Positions 17,066 to 27,241 of a stretch of 64,000 nucleotides of DNA are shown piece after piece. The notes beneath the pieces were generated by a model. That model did not search any database. It saw only the letters and a list, made by a program, of their open reading frames with translations, and was not told the DNA's origin. Made by a program: the position numbers and the translations under genes. How positions within the stretch are numbered: the stretch's first letter is position 1; each line of letters opens with the position of its first letter. The stretch spans positions 162,774 to 226,773 of IMG/VR virus record IMGVR_UViG_3300009011_000002, one strand, 5' to 3'.

Positions 17066-19546
17066 TTAAATTACTACGGTGTTCTGGTTAACCTCCCCGG
17101 TGAGGGTAAGTCCTTCGTAACGCAAAGCCACGATGTTCGGCTTGTCGAACACACTGTACTGGCTAACGTAGTGAGAGACCAAGAAAAGTTGTCGGGCATC
17201 TGTACGCTGCGTGTATTCGCGGATGAAGTTAAAGAATCGCGTCCGTTTGATCTCATCCAAATAAGGCCCCACCTCATCCATAATCAGGGGGAACGGGAAC
17301 GGGTGATACGGTGCCAAAACGAACCGCCACACCCAGTCAAGGATATCGATCTCACCACCACTGCAATCCGCGATGTCTGGAGAAGGAGAATAGTCGCCGG
17401 TCACTACAGGGAACTTGTAGGTCAGGTCACCGTTCTCTTTACCACAGTGCTTCACGTAGAGCGGGGTGTTCCAAATGTCCTTGATAATCACGTTAGCATT
17501 GCCACATACGGTCTTGATGAAGTCCATCATCAGTTTGCCCAGCAATCCCTTATTGGGGCACAGACCGTTCATCCACACTTCTACAATCTTCAACCGACGC
17601 TTCAAGCGTTCGATATCCGACGAGATTGAATCGACCACCGCCGACAACGATTTGTTCTTGATAATCGAAGTCAGGATGTGTTCCTTATCCACCGACAACT
17701 CGTGGATACGTGTATCAACCGATTGACGGAGGGTTACCTTACTCTGGTTCCCCAAGCCCTGGACAACTTCCTTACGCAGTTGTTCTAACCGCAACAGGTC
17801 GTCGTTATAAGACGTGATGGTTTTGAGTTGGCGTTGTAACCCTTCCAGACGTTGCTTGTGCACACGGATCAAACTGTTCTGAGTGATGAGCTCTTTCTCA
17901 GTGTGAGCCACATGGTTCGCAATATCCAAGACCTTGTTCTTGTCTAAGACGTTTAAACGCGCGTGTAGCACGCGTTTCTCACCTTCCAGTAGTCCGAGTT
18001 GGTCGTTGAGCTTTTCACGCTCACAGTAGGCTTGCAGAGCGTTACAGAGCCGCGCATTGGTGACCTTGCCTACTTCAAACTCTTTGATCAACTCTGGCAA
18101 GATGCGGACGTGGTTATTCTCCCGAACCATGGTAAACAACTGGTTCATGGAGCTATACCATTCTGCGTCATTGTCGATCAGCAGTTTGAGACGACTTTGT
18201 TCTTTCTCCAGTTTCTCAATCTGGTTCAGAACACCCTCGTAACTCTTCTGGATCTTCTCGGCATCACCCGGTTGCACACCCCGCTTGAACTGGTGAGTAC
18301 AGTCAGGGCATTCGATCAGGTCCATGTTCTGGATATGCTCCAGGTCATGTTTAAGACCTTGCGAAGTGAGGGTCAAGTTACGAATCTGAACGGTGTTCTG
18401 TTCATACGTCGTCAAGTAACCCTTATAGGTAGTGCCTGTCAGTCCTGCATCACTGGCAACAGTGACACGGTGGAGGTAAGACATAAAGTGATCGGTGATT
18501 CCCCGCAGACCTGTCAGATCGGCAGATGGGTCTTCGAACACCGGGTAACGTTCCAGCGTCAAATCCCATTCGGCTAACTGATTGACAATCCGGAGTTCTT
18601 CCGCCTGTACTGTCTTCGCTTGGTTTTCGAGCAGTTCGGGGTCCTTGAGGAACTCTTCCATGCCATCCAAGAAGCCAGCGTTGTCGCTGATGATGCCCGA
18701 CAACACAGCTGCTTGTTCCTGATGGTAGTCGATAATGTCTTCGGCTGTTTCAATTGCTGAACGAAGTTCAGGCTCTGTCAGGAAGAACCCACTCACCTTG
18801 TTCACAGCCAACTGATCCGCTAACCACGTAAACCGCTGGATCTTCTCTTGCAGTTCGCCATCAACGGTAATACCTTCCAACTGACCGCGTACCAACAAGG
18901 ATTGCTTGAGGTCCACATCGATCAGCTTGATGCGCTGTTCCAGTTGTTCAATGCCGCACTCGTTGATCGCAATCAGCTTACGGTTCTCTTCGGCAAACCG
19001 TTGGGCTTGGTTCTTGATCGCCGCGCGGAGTTCGTTACGTTCCGTCTTAAGCTTGTTATAGCGACTCATGGCGTATTCCGTATCGTTTGGATACAGTTCC
19101 ATGAGAATGTCTTTACGACGTGCTGGTGACATGGCAGAGAAGCGGTCGGTGATACGAATACCACCCAAGAACTTCAGGATATTCAAACTGGCCTTGAGGT
19201 GGTTCTCGACCAATTCCTTCTGTACGGTGTACGTACCCCCGGTGTTCAGTTCTTTACCGACTTCATCACCTTGTTCGTACACTTTGAAACTGTGGCCGGT
19301 GCCCGTGTGGGTATGCGAATCCAACACGTACAGTCTGCCGTCGATAAACCATTCCGTCTTCTTACGGCCATCTTTGTAGTTGGCGTTCTCAGGCGGGAAG
19401 GGATGGACTTCTTTCAGAATACTGGTTTTACCCGAACCGTTAGCAGAGATGAAAAGGTTTACCAGTTCATCTGTATCCAGTTCTACTTTATGGATATTGC
19501 TGCTTAACAGAGGGATATAATTCTCTAATGTCAGTTTGAGCAACAT
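17066..19546 (-). CDS. sbcC: SbcC/Rad50-like SMC ATPase
   Basis: Walker A NGSGKT, coiled coils, CPDC zinc hook, CSGGE signature, IMDE Walker B, VSH loop. Confidence 0.9.
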   Translation of the reverse strand: MLLKLTLENYIPLLSSNIHKVELDTDELVNLFISANGSGKTSILKEVHPFPPENANYKDGRKKTEWFIDGRLYVLDSHTHTGTGHSFKVYEQGDEVGKELNTGGTYTVQKELVENHLKASLNILKFLGGIRITDRFSAMSPARRKDILMELYPNDTEYAMSRYNKLKTERNELRAAIKNQAQRFAEENRKLIAINECGIEQLEQRIKLIDVDLKQSLLVRGQLEGITVDGELQEKIQRFTWLADQLAVNKVSGFFLTEPELRSAIETAEDIIDYHQEQAAVLSGIISDNAGFLDGMEEFLKDPELLENQAKTVQAEELRIVNQLAEWDLTLERYPVFEDPSADLTGLRGITDHFMSYLHRVTVASDAGLTGTTYKGYLTTYEQNTVQIRNLTLTSQGLKHDLEHIQNMDLIECPDCTHQFKRGVQPGDAEKIQKSYEGVLNQIEKLEKEQSRLKLLIDNDAEWYSSMNQLFTMVRENNHVRILPELIKEFEVGKVTNARLCNALQAYCEREKLNDQLGLLEGEKRVLHARLNVLDKNKVLDIANHVAHTEKELITQNSLIRVHKQRLEGLQRQLKTITSYNDDLLRLEQLRKEVVQGLGNQSKVTLRQSVDTRIHELSVDKEHILTSIIKNKSLSAVVDSISSDIERLKRRLKIVEVWMNGLCPNKGLLGKLMMDFIKTVCGNANVIIKDIWNTPLYVKHCGKENGDLTYKFPVVTGDYSPSPDIADCSGGEIDILDWVWRFVLAPYHPFPFPLIMDEVGPYLDEIKRTRFFNFIREYTQRTDARQLFLVSHYVSQYSVFDKPNIVALRYEGLTLTGEVNQNTVVI

Positions 19547-19595
19547 GGCTGGATTCTTTTAAAGGTATAATGGTCTAAAGGATGGGGATGCGAGT

Positions 19596-20594
19596 ATGAG
19601 TTTATTGCATTGTCTGGGTGTCGGTACCGTTACTCAGACTAAGGAGACAAACACCGACACGGTTATGGTGTACTGCCCGTTCCTGTTCCCTAACGCCGAA
19701 GGGCGTACCGTTAACAACGTGGAGCAGGTTGAACAAACCAGTTTGAACGCCAAAGGCGAAGAAGTCAAAAGTAACAACATGCGCAGCAACTCGGTGCCTG
19801 CGAAGTGGATGAACTTGGGGGATAACAACCGTATTACCTCCCCAGACGTCCGAGAAGGGTCCCAGGTAGCGATCTACAACGTGGACGGTGGTAACCAACT
19901 GTATTGGACCACCCACGGCGTTAACAGTGAAACCTTCCGGTTGGAATCGGTGATGTACGGCTGGTCGTCTAACCCTAAGCTGTCTGAGAACACACCTTTC
20001 GATCCGGACAACTTCTACACCGCCAAGGTTTCCACCCACGACGGTATCTTTGCTTTACGTACGTCTATGGCGAACGGGGAGAAATCCAAGTTCGACGTGC
20101 AAGTAGACGGCATGAACGGTCGGGTCTCGGTCGGTGGTTTTAATAAGGGGTTGTTTGTCCTCGATGATGTCGAGAGCAGTCTGACCTATAGTAATAAAGA
20201 GGGTTCGATTGCTCGGGTAGTGAAGAAGCAGGCCTTCATTAAAACCGAAGACATGATTGGTTTCTTTGCAGCTGAAACCCTGAACATCAAAACCAAGGTG
20301 ATCCAGGTCCAGGCCGAGTTAGCCAAGATCGACATCAAAAGAACCCAGTGGTTGGGGGACATTGAACAGACGGGCAACACGGAACAGAAAGGTGACTACA
20401 CCCAAGAAGGTGATTTCACTCAAGTGGGTGACTTCTTCCAAGAAGGCGATACCGTGCGTAACGGTGACAGTACGTCTACCGGTACGGTTACTGGTCTTAC
20501 CGATGTCATTGCTCCACCGATCAGTCTGCGTTTCCACCTCACCAGTGGCGTACGTGGTGGTCCCGATACTTCAGGCCCTCCTACACCTGCGTAA
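19596..20594 (+). CDS. baseplate central spike / cell-puncturing protein
   Basis: OB-fold-like N-terminus, repeated GDxxQx beta-helix hexads, tip motif SLRFHLTSGV; divergent from SbcC as recalled for phiKZ gp164/gp165. Confidence 0.8.
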   Translation: MSLLHCLGVGTVTQTKETNTDTVMVYCPFLFPNAEGRTVNNVEQVEQTSLNAKGEEVKSNNMRSNSVPAKWMNLGDNNRITSPDVREGSQVAIYNVDGGNQLYWTTHGVNSETFRLESVMYGWSSNPKLSENTPFDPDNFYTAKVSTHDGIFALRTSMANGEKSKFDVQVDGMNGRVSVGGFNKGLFVLDDVESSLTYSNKEGSIARVVKKQAFIKTEDMIGFFAAETLNIKTKVIQVQAELAKIDIKRTQWLGDIEQTGNTEQKGDYTQEGDFTQVGDFFQEGDTVRNGDSTSTGTVTGLTDVIAPPISLRFHLTSGVRGGPDTSGPPTPA

Positions 20595-20599
20595 CCTTA

Positions 20600-20633
20600 C
20601 TACTACTCTCCCGGGCAACCGGGAGAGTAGTAG
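20600..20633. terminator. hairpin at a convergent gene junction
   Basis: 15-bp perfect stem CTACTACTCTCCCGG-GCAA-CCGGGAGAGTAGTAG. Confidence 0.8.
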
Positions 20634-20642
20634 GGGTTATGT

Positions 20643-23528
20643 TTAGCTGATCTTGTCGCGCTTGGTGAAGAACTTGTTCACCCCATCCGCACCGTTGTCA
20701 CGGAAGCATGGGATTACACCACCTGCACGGACATCGTTAACTACCCGGTTGTCCATGACGATGTATTCACGGTTGACAGTCATTACACCGTCCACAGCAA
20801 TACCGAACAACAACTCACCGTTGTTAGGCTCCCGCTTAACCGAAGAGGCCAGCGTCGCCAAGGTGTTACCGTAACGTACCAAGTAGCAGTACGTGGTCCC
20901 GGTGGCACTCACCTTAATCGGATAGTCCCGATCGAGGATGTAGGTCCGACCGTTCATGACCGCACGACCCCCTGCTGGCAATCGAACCCAACCGGCTTCG
21001 TTGATCTCAAACGGATCGAACTTACGAGTACCGCCGATCTCACTCATGTTCGACGTGAACCGGGTGTTGTCACTGTCCATCTGGTACATACCCCGGTTAG
21101 GGATCATCACCAGTGGGTACAGTTCCTCGGTTACGTCAAAGGTCGAACCCTGGACGTACAGCTTGGCAGGGTTGACCACCACAGGTGTGAAGACTGGGTT
21201 AGCGCCAGTGATGGCACTCACGGTGAAAGTGAGGTCACCGTAGACTTCCCCGAACGGACGACAGATACCGATCTGGTAAGCATTGGTACCCGTCTGGAGG
21301 GCGAGCATGTCCGAGTAGGCCATCCATACCCCGTCACCCGTTTGCGACTCACGCGTGATCCCAGGAACTGTCAGACCCGTTGCGGTTACCGGCGTCAACT
21401 TCAAACCACCGGTGGTGATGTAATCCAGCACAAAGCTACCACCATCCACCGTGAAGTTACCGATACCGGCTTCTGCATAGCACACACCGTCCGAGATCAA
21501 GATCAATGCTTTGTTAGCCGTCAATGCAAAGACCTGGATCTGCGATACTCGCAAGGTATTGTTCACCGCAGGGTTAGCTGTACGGGCACGACCCATGACC
21601 TGAGCTGCAGTCGCCTGCAAGGTCAGCAAGCTGGCAAACGACAATTCCAAGTCAGCCCCCAAAGTGAGAACCTTGTTGGAATACGCCAGCGAGGCTTTAC
21701 CCCGGTAGTTGTTCTGCGTGGAGAATGCCATGGCGTTGACTGACGCACCTGCACCGTTCTTGTTCGCCACAATGGACAAACCGGACGGCAGAGGGCCGAG
21801 GTTCTTGTTCTCCTCGATTACCGGGGCTACCTTCACCCCGATACGGTCAGCGGTCTGAGCACTGATAATACTTGCCTCAGGCCATGCCATTTCCACCCAC
21901 TTGTACTGACCCACACCTGCGTCCAGTCCGTAGACCAGATACTGGGTACGGCCGGTGTCGTGGGAGAACGGGATGATCCGCTCTGGGAATGCCGTGAAGC
22001 AGTTGTGGCGAGCTGGCATGAACACTTCAGTTGCCGCCAACCGGGTGTCGATTGCCGGACGTTTGTTGTCCATCAACCAATCGGCCAACGTGGCATAGCC
22101 CGAAGTCTGATAGCGCTTGACCCGGATACCATACTTACTGGCAACCGCACGTACCAACTCACCCTCACCGACCATTGCACCCGGAGACTGCAATGCGTTG
22201 GCAAAGTCAAGACGGTTGTTGACCCGCAGCATGGTGGCGTTAGCCCCGATCGTACCGTCTGCATTAATCACATCTTTGGTACGGGAACCCAACGAAGTGA
22301 TCTTAGCACTGCCGCCCGACGCCAGTGTACCTGGGATGTAGGCTTCGGTCAGGTTCAACACGAAGTCGTAGTTCACCGAAGCAATTCGCACACGCACAGG
22401 AATCTGCATGTTCAGGTAAGCTTCTTGGTCCTGGACGTTCCAGAACAACGAACACACGATGGTGTGGGTGTTCACCCCCGCAATGCTGACCTGAGACCCG
22501 GCAGGGAAGTCCACGTACTTGGTCAAGTCAATGTCATGGCTCAGGCTGGCCGGGCCACTGTACGGCGTTTGCCCCATCAGGTCATACTGCGCCAAGTAGG
22601 TCTGGTCCACGATCTCTTGAACGATCGGGTTAGTCTGCGCTTGGTCAACGTAGAAGAACCGATGGTGCATGGTGATGATGTTGCCACTGAAGACATAGCC
22701 AACCGCCATGCCTTTAAACAGCATCGACGCATACCCCCGGTAGAACAGGAAGTTGCGCCCACTGCCTGGCAGAGTCAACCCGTTACGGAACTGATACAGC
22801 TTCTTGTCAGCCAAGGCTTTGAAGTAAGCAATTTGTCCGTTACTGGCCGAACACCCAACCTGGTTCCACCCCCACGAGTTGTAGCGAATGGTCAATGGAG
22901 GGGTCTCACCCAACTGAGTCCGTTTAACAGGACCCACTGGAGCCGACTCGAACGCCACCTGGTTCTGGTACTGCGCAGTGTCCGATACCGCCGACATAAC
23001 CAACCGGTCGTTGTTCAGCAGAATCGCCACCCGCAGGTCAGCACCGAAGTAGCGTGTAGGCTCTACCCTGGTCAGGGTTGCCATCGGATACTTGTCGGGG
23101 AAGTAGAACGAACTGAACTGGAACAGGTCGTTGCGCTGGTAGTTATCCAGCACAAACTGAGCGTTGTTCGTTTCGATCGACTGCTTGGCGCCCTGGGGGG
23201 TTACAAACGCATCAACCGGAGTCAACGCAATCTGTTCCGCCAGCGTAGCCACCCGGAAGTTGTCTTTCTTCGACAAGCCAGCAGTAGCCTTGGTTTCACC
23301 GTGTACAGCACCCCGTGCAGCCAAGTGGGTATTGGTAGGTCCCACCACGCTGTTCACGAAGTCGTTCAGGTTAACGTTCAGCTCTTCCAGCTTCAGTTTG
23401 ATGTTGTCCCCGAAACTAACGGTCTTCTGTTCGAAGGTGTACGCCAGTTTGTTGAGTCGCTGGATCACGACCCCCAGTTCGGGTTCTGGGTTTTCAATGT
23501 GGGGTGGTTCCCCACCAAGAATAATCAT
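20643..23528 (-). CDS. tail fibre / baseplate-associated protein (phiKZ gp131-family-like)
   Basis: Start moved to MIILGG (GGAG RBS); H...HG.TK...GL...DNF..AT motif and C-terminal GW...NG..Y...GG.IP module shared with neighbours. Confidence 0.75.
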   Translation of the reverse strand: MIILGGEPPHIENPEPELGVVIQRLNKLAYTFEQKTVSFGDNIKLKLEELNVNLNDFVNSVVGPTNTHLAARGAVHGETKATAGLSKKDNFRVATLAEQIALTPVDAFVTPQGAKQSIETNNAQFVLDNYQRNDLFQFSSFYFPDKYPMATLTRVEPTRYFGADLRVAILLNNDRLVMSAVSDTAQYQNQVAFESAPVGPVKRTQLGETPPLTIRYNSWGWNQVGCSASNGQIAYFKALADKKLYQFRNGLTLPGSGRNFLFYRGYASMLFKGMAVGYVFSGNIITMHHRFFYVDQAQTNPIVQEIVDQTYLAQYDLMGQTPYSGPASLSHDIDLTKYVDFPAGSQVSIAGVNTHTIVCSLFWNVQDQEAYLNMQIPVRVRIASVNYDFVLNLTEAYIPGTLASGGSAKITSLGSRTKDVINADGTIGANATMLRVNNRLDFANALQSPGAMVGEGELVRAVASKYGIRVKRYQTSGYATLADWLMDNKRPAIDTRLAATEVFMPARHNCFTAFPERIIPFSHDTGRTQYLVYGLDAGVGQYKWVEMAWPEASIISAQTADRIGVKVAPVIEENKNLGPLPSGLSIVANKNGAGASVNAMAFSTQNNYRGKASLAYSNKVLTLGADLELSFASLLTLQATAAQVMGRARTANPAVNNTLRVSQIQVFALTANKALILISDGVCYAEAGIGNFTVDGGSFVLDYITTGGLKLTPVTATGLTVPGITRESQTGDGVWMAYSDMLALQTGTNAYQIGICRPFGEVYGDLTFTVSAITGANPVFTPVVVNPAKLYVQGSTFDVTEELYPLVMIPNRGMYQMDSDNTRFTSNMSEIGGTRKFDPFEINEAGWVRLPAGGRAVMNGRTYILDRDYPIKVSATGTTYCYLVRYGNTLATLASSVKREPNNGELLFGIAVDGVMTVNREYIVMDNRVVNDVRAGGVIPCFRDNGADGVNKFFTKRDKIS

Positions 23529-23579
23529 AGCGACACTCCATGCTAAAAGAGTAGGGGAGGTTACCCTCCCCCTCAATGG

Positions 23580-26500
23580 TTATGGCAAGAGCTCCGCCTC
23601 ACGCAGGAACGCGAAGATGCCCTCGTCTTGTGGGAACCCGGTACTGATCGGAATGATCCCCCCTTCACGGGTGAAGCTGAAGAGGAAGTCACCCACCATG
23701 AGCGGCTGCAACCGTTGGATACTGAGGATCTGCAACTGAGCGGTTGTGACCACCCCCACCAACATCATCGAACCCGACTTACGGAGTTTGACACCAGAGA
23801 TGAAATACCCGGGCGTGTCATCCTCGATTGTCGCGTAGACGTAAAACGTCTTGTTCGCTGGGGCTGGGTCGATATCCCGCAGGTCTATGGAACCCCCCGG
23901 CATCTCGTAGTTGGTTCCGTTGATCATCATCCGGATACCATCCTGGAAGAACAGTGTCCAGCCTGTTTGCGGGTACACGGTAGGACCAATATACCAGTCA
24001 ATAACCCCGGTTGTTTCATCGGTCTTGTGCAGCAACCGCGCGGCACCGCCGGTGTAGTCGTAGACCGCTGGAGTCACGGTGTTGATACGGCCAGTGTCCA
24101 CACCCCCCGTCAACCCCACATCACTCATACCCACCTTCGGGATTGGTGCACACAAGTCTGGCACCGACCACGACGCTTGGTAGGAGAAAATGTTCTCGAG
24201 CTTGTTGGTCGGGATATCCACATCAAACCGCGCCGTTTGCCGGGTATAGATGGTTGCTGTGGTGTTGGTGGTGTAGGCATTCATGTTGTATATCTGCAAC
24301 TTGTTACCGTCGCGGTAGATGTACATCCCGGCTTTGGAACGAGTACCTACCAATCCCAATAGATTCTGCTCGGCAACCCGGTTGTTGATTGCGCTGCTAT
24401 AAGCCGCAGACGTATCCAGGACAGTGATGTCCTTGATCCAATGCACATCCGGATGGTCGGCATTGGGTGCTTCTACTACGGGGCGGAACAACACAAAGAT
24501 CTGGCGGGTGAACTGCTTGGCAGGGTCCTGGAACGCAATGATTGCAATGCCCAAATTCAAGCCTTTGAACATCCCACCCATCTCGTTACCAAGGATGTGG
24601 AAACATACCGACCATGGCTTGTGTGCCGTGTAAACTGCCGGAATCATCGCTTCCATCTTGTCGATGAGTTCTTTCCGTACCCCGTAGAAACTGGTTGGGG
24701 TATACGTTGCCCGTTTGGTACCGGCATCCAAGACCTTGTTGAACGTCCGTGCGCAGGAGATCAACATGCTGTTGGCTGCTGGGGCCGTGAAACCAGCCGA
24801 CCTCGGGTAGGAATGCCCCGCCCCCATGGAGGAGTACCCCATAGACGCCAATGACGTACTACCGCATTCTACCCCACCTGCTGTCAACTCAGCCGCACTT
24901 CCGGTGATACCGATAGGGGCTTCGTAATACGCCATGTTGGTTTGGTAGATGTCGTTGGTCAATGGGCGAGACTTGATCCCACTGACTTCCGTGTTGGTCA
25001 CTTCAGGTCGTACAGCGTAAGGACCCGAGACTTTACGGAAATACGTCGCACGGGTGTTAGTTACCGGGTTTGTCGCAGAGTACAGTTCACCATCAGCTTC
25101 GTACGTCATGGCTGCTGGGAACACACCACTCAGCAATGGAGAACCCACCATCTGACTCACCCGGCGCTGTTCCTTGACCGGGGTGTAGATAATGTCCATA
25201 CGTTGCGACAGAACTTCCGCGGCGGTCTTACGGCCTTCATACACCAGCTTGGTCATGTACGCCGGGAAGTTGTTACCCCCCGAAGACGTGGCCATGAGAA
25301 TCTCACCACTGTCAAGAATAACCCCACACGAACCAGCAGCCTGACCGTAGCCATCGTAGAACTGGTAGTAGTGGGCCCGGGTGTAATCCTGGCGTTCGGT
25401 TTCCGTGGTGTTTTCGTAGTCGGCCGTCCAAGATGGGTTACGGAACACCTCCGTGAACACGCCTGTCGCTGGGTTGAACTCGTAACCGGTTCCCATTACC
25501 GACGAAATGTTTCGAAGTTCAGTAGCGGTACGGTAACTGGAGTTCATGCCCTGCAAGATGAAGAGGTATTCAGAAACCGAGTTGTTAGGCTTCTTAGCGT
25601 TCAGGAACATCGTCTTACCACCACGGTTGGTGGAAATCGGAGGTTGCATGAAAGTGATCGGACCCCAACCGGTGAGGACGCCGTTAGTGCGGACTTGCTG
25701 CATCGGCTGGAAGCGCTCGACGTTGGTCTGCTGAACGTTCTCGTAGTTCTTGTAGGTGAGCAGGATTTGCTCCCATTCGAGAATGTCGTGGTTCTCTTTG
25801 AACTTCGACACTGGGATCCGGAAGAACAAGTGCACGTCAACGTTGCTGGTACCTGGGGAGATAATCAGAACAACATAATCACCCATCAGGTGGATGCTCA
25901 GGCGGTTATCCGTGTTGGCATAAACCGACAGCACAGCTTTACCCTTAGCCAGCACTGGGGCCATGTTGACTTCCGTGTACTGATGCGCGGTAGCATCCAG
26001 TGTACCGTTAGTCAAGGCAACGAACCAACGGTCCAAACCATCATCACCTACCATGATCACACGGTGGTTACTCCCACCCACCACGGTCGTTGGGTTGAAG
26101 TTCTTAGCCAACAACGAAGGGGCTTCGTACTTATAACCGGTGTAGGTGATCTTTGGGTTGGTGGTGAAGAATTCGGCAATCTGGGAGTAGTACAACCCCT
26201 CGTTACGACCGTCGTTGTGGCTAGTCAGCATCATGATCAGCCCGGACTTCTCCAAGCAGAATGCCGACGATACCGACAACGACCCTAAACCTTCAAAGGC
26301 ACCGGAGATGTTTGGCGGAATGAAACTCTCACCACCAAACTTACTGATTGGCATGATACCCGTACGCATCGCTGCATCCGTGTCCGGGATGTACGACTTG
26401 GCGAGTTCCTGGATACCCTGAGGAGTCGACAGTACGTCCGCACGAATACCTGCCTTGTCCTCTGCCAACGTTGCCGTGGCGAAGTTAGGGTGGTTACCCA

Positions 26501-27173
26501 TGAGGATGTCGAACTTGGTGATCAGGTGTGGGGAGTGGTAGTTGTCGTCGTGGTTCTTCAACAACGTCATGTACTGTGCTTTGGTGGTCTTCAGCACGTT
26601 GTACGCGTTGGTGATGGTTGTGTCCACGTCAACGCCCGTCGACGCACCTGTGGTCTTCCAGAGGCCTTGGAAGACCTTACAGAAGTAGGTGAGCTCCCAC
26701 CAGTCACCAATCTCGGTTTTGATGTTCTGGATGTGCAATGCCGGAGGCAGGGTCTCTGGCATCCCGAAGACCTTGTCCCACGGGATAGGGACCTTACCTT
26801 TGTGGAGCTTCTCCATCCACCCCGCCAGTTGACTGCGAGGGACGAAGTACGCACCGATCGATTGGTAGTCGATGGTGATGTGGGTGTTCGCTGCCAGCAC
26901 CGCATTGGACACACGGATGAAACTGCACACCGACTTGTTGGACGCATTACAGAAGGGAACAAACTCCCCCTCGAAGAAGTAGTCAGTGTTAAGCTTGAGC
27001 AACCCACCGGCTTGGTTGTACACCTTCACCATTGCAGGTACTGCAAAGAACGGGGAACCATCCGGGATTACCCAGTTCAACGTTTTGTCTTTCAGAAGAA
27101 TCTTTTCACCCGGGATGGTGTTCACCGGGTTTGTTGCGTGGACGTCAAACTCTACCAGTCGAATGGGATCCAT
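23580..27173 (-). CDS. tail fibre protein (paralog 2)
   Basis: 1197 aa; PISKFG..FIPP.I.G.FEGLG and IDLRDIDP.PANKTFY shared with paralog 1. Confidence 0.8.
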   Translation of the reverse strand: MDPIRLVEFDVHATNPVNTIPGEKILLKDKTLNWVIPDGSPFFAVPAMVKVYNQAGGLLKLNTDYFFEGEFVPFCNASNKSVCSFIRVSNAVLAANTHITIDYQSIGAYFVPRSQLAGWMEKLHKGKVPIPWDKVFGMPETLPPALHIQNIKTEIGDWWELTYFCKVFQGLWKTTGASTGVDVDTTITNAYNVLKTTKAQYMTLLKNHDDNYHSPHLITKFDILMGNHPNFATATLAEDKAGIRADVLSTPQGIQELAKSYIPDTDAAMRTGIMPISKFGGESFIPPNISGAFEGLGSLSVSSAFCLEKSGLIMMLTSHNDGRNEGLYYSQIAEFFTTNPKITYTGYKYEAPSLLAKNFNPTTVVGGSNHRVIMVGDDGLDRWFVALTNGTLDATAHQYTEVNMAPVLAKGKAVLSVYANTDNRLSIHLMGDYVVLIISPGTSNVDVHLFFRIPVSKFKENHDILEWEQILLTYKNYENVQQTNVERFQPMQQVRTNGVLTGWGPITFMQPPISTNRGGKTMFLNAKKPNNSVSEYLFILQGMNSSYRTATELRNISSVMGTGYEFNPATGVFTEVFRNPSWTADYENTTETERQDYTRAHYYQFYDGYGQAAGSCGVILDSGEILMATSSGGNNFPAYMTKLVYEGRKTAAEVLSQRMDIIYTPVKEQRRVSQMVGSPLLSGVFPAAMTYEADGELYSATNPVTNTRATYFRKVSGPYAVRPEVTNTEVSGIKSRPLTNDIYQTNMAYYEAPIGITGSAAELTAGGVECGSTSLASMGYSSMGAGHSYPRSAGFTAPAANSMLISCARTFNKVLDAGTKRATYTPTSFYGVRKELIDKMEAMIPAVYTAHKPWSVCFHILGNEMGGMFKGLNLGIAIIAFQDPAKQFTRQIFVLFRPVVEAPNADHPDVHWIKDITVLDTSAAYSSAINNRVAEQNLLGLVGTRSKAGMYIYRDGNKLQIYNMNAYTTNTTATIYTRQTARFDVDIPTNKLENIFSYQASWSVPDLCAPIPKVGMSDVGLTGGVDTGRINTVTPAVYDYTGGAARLLHKTDETTGVIDWYIGPTVYPQTGWTLFFQDGIRMMINGTNYEMPGGSIDLRDIDPAPANKTFYVYATIEDDTPGYFISGVKLRKSGSMMLVGVVTTAQLQILSIQRLQPLMVGDFLFSFTREGGIIPISTGFPQDEGIFAFLREAELLP

Positions 27174-27198
27174 GATGTAACCCTATATGAAAAAGAAA

Positions 27199-27230
27199 AG
27201 GGGTAGGAGGGGGTTACCCTCCTACTCCCT
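27199..27230 (-). terminator. intergenic terminator hairpin
   Basis: AGGGAGTAGGAGG...CCTCCTACCCCT with GTAA loop, followed by TTTCTTTTT on the minus strand. Confidence 0.75.
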
Positions 27231-27241
27231 CTATAAAGTTG

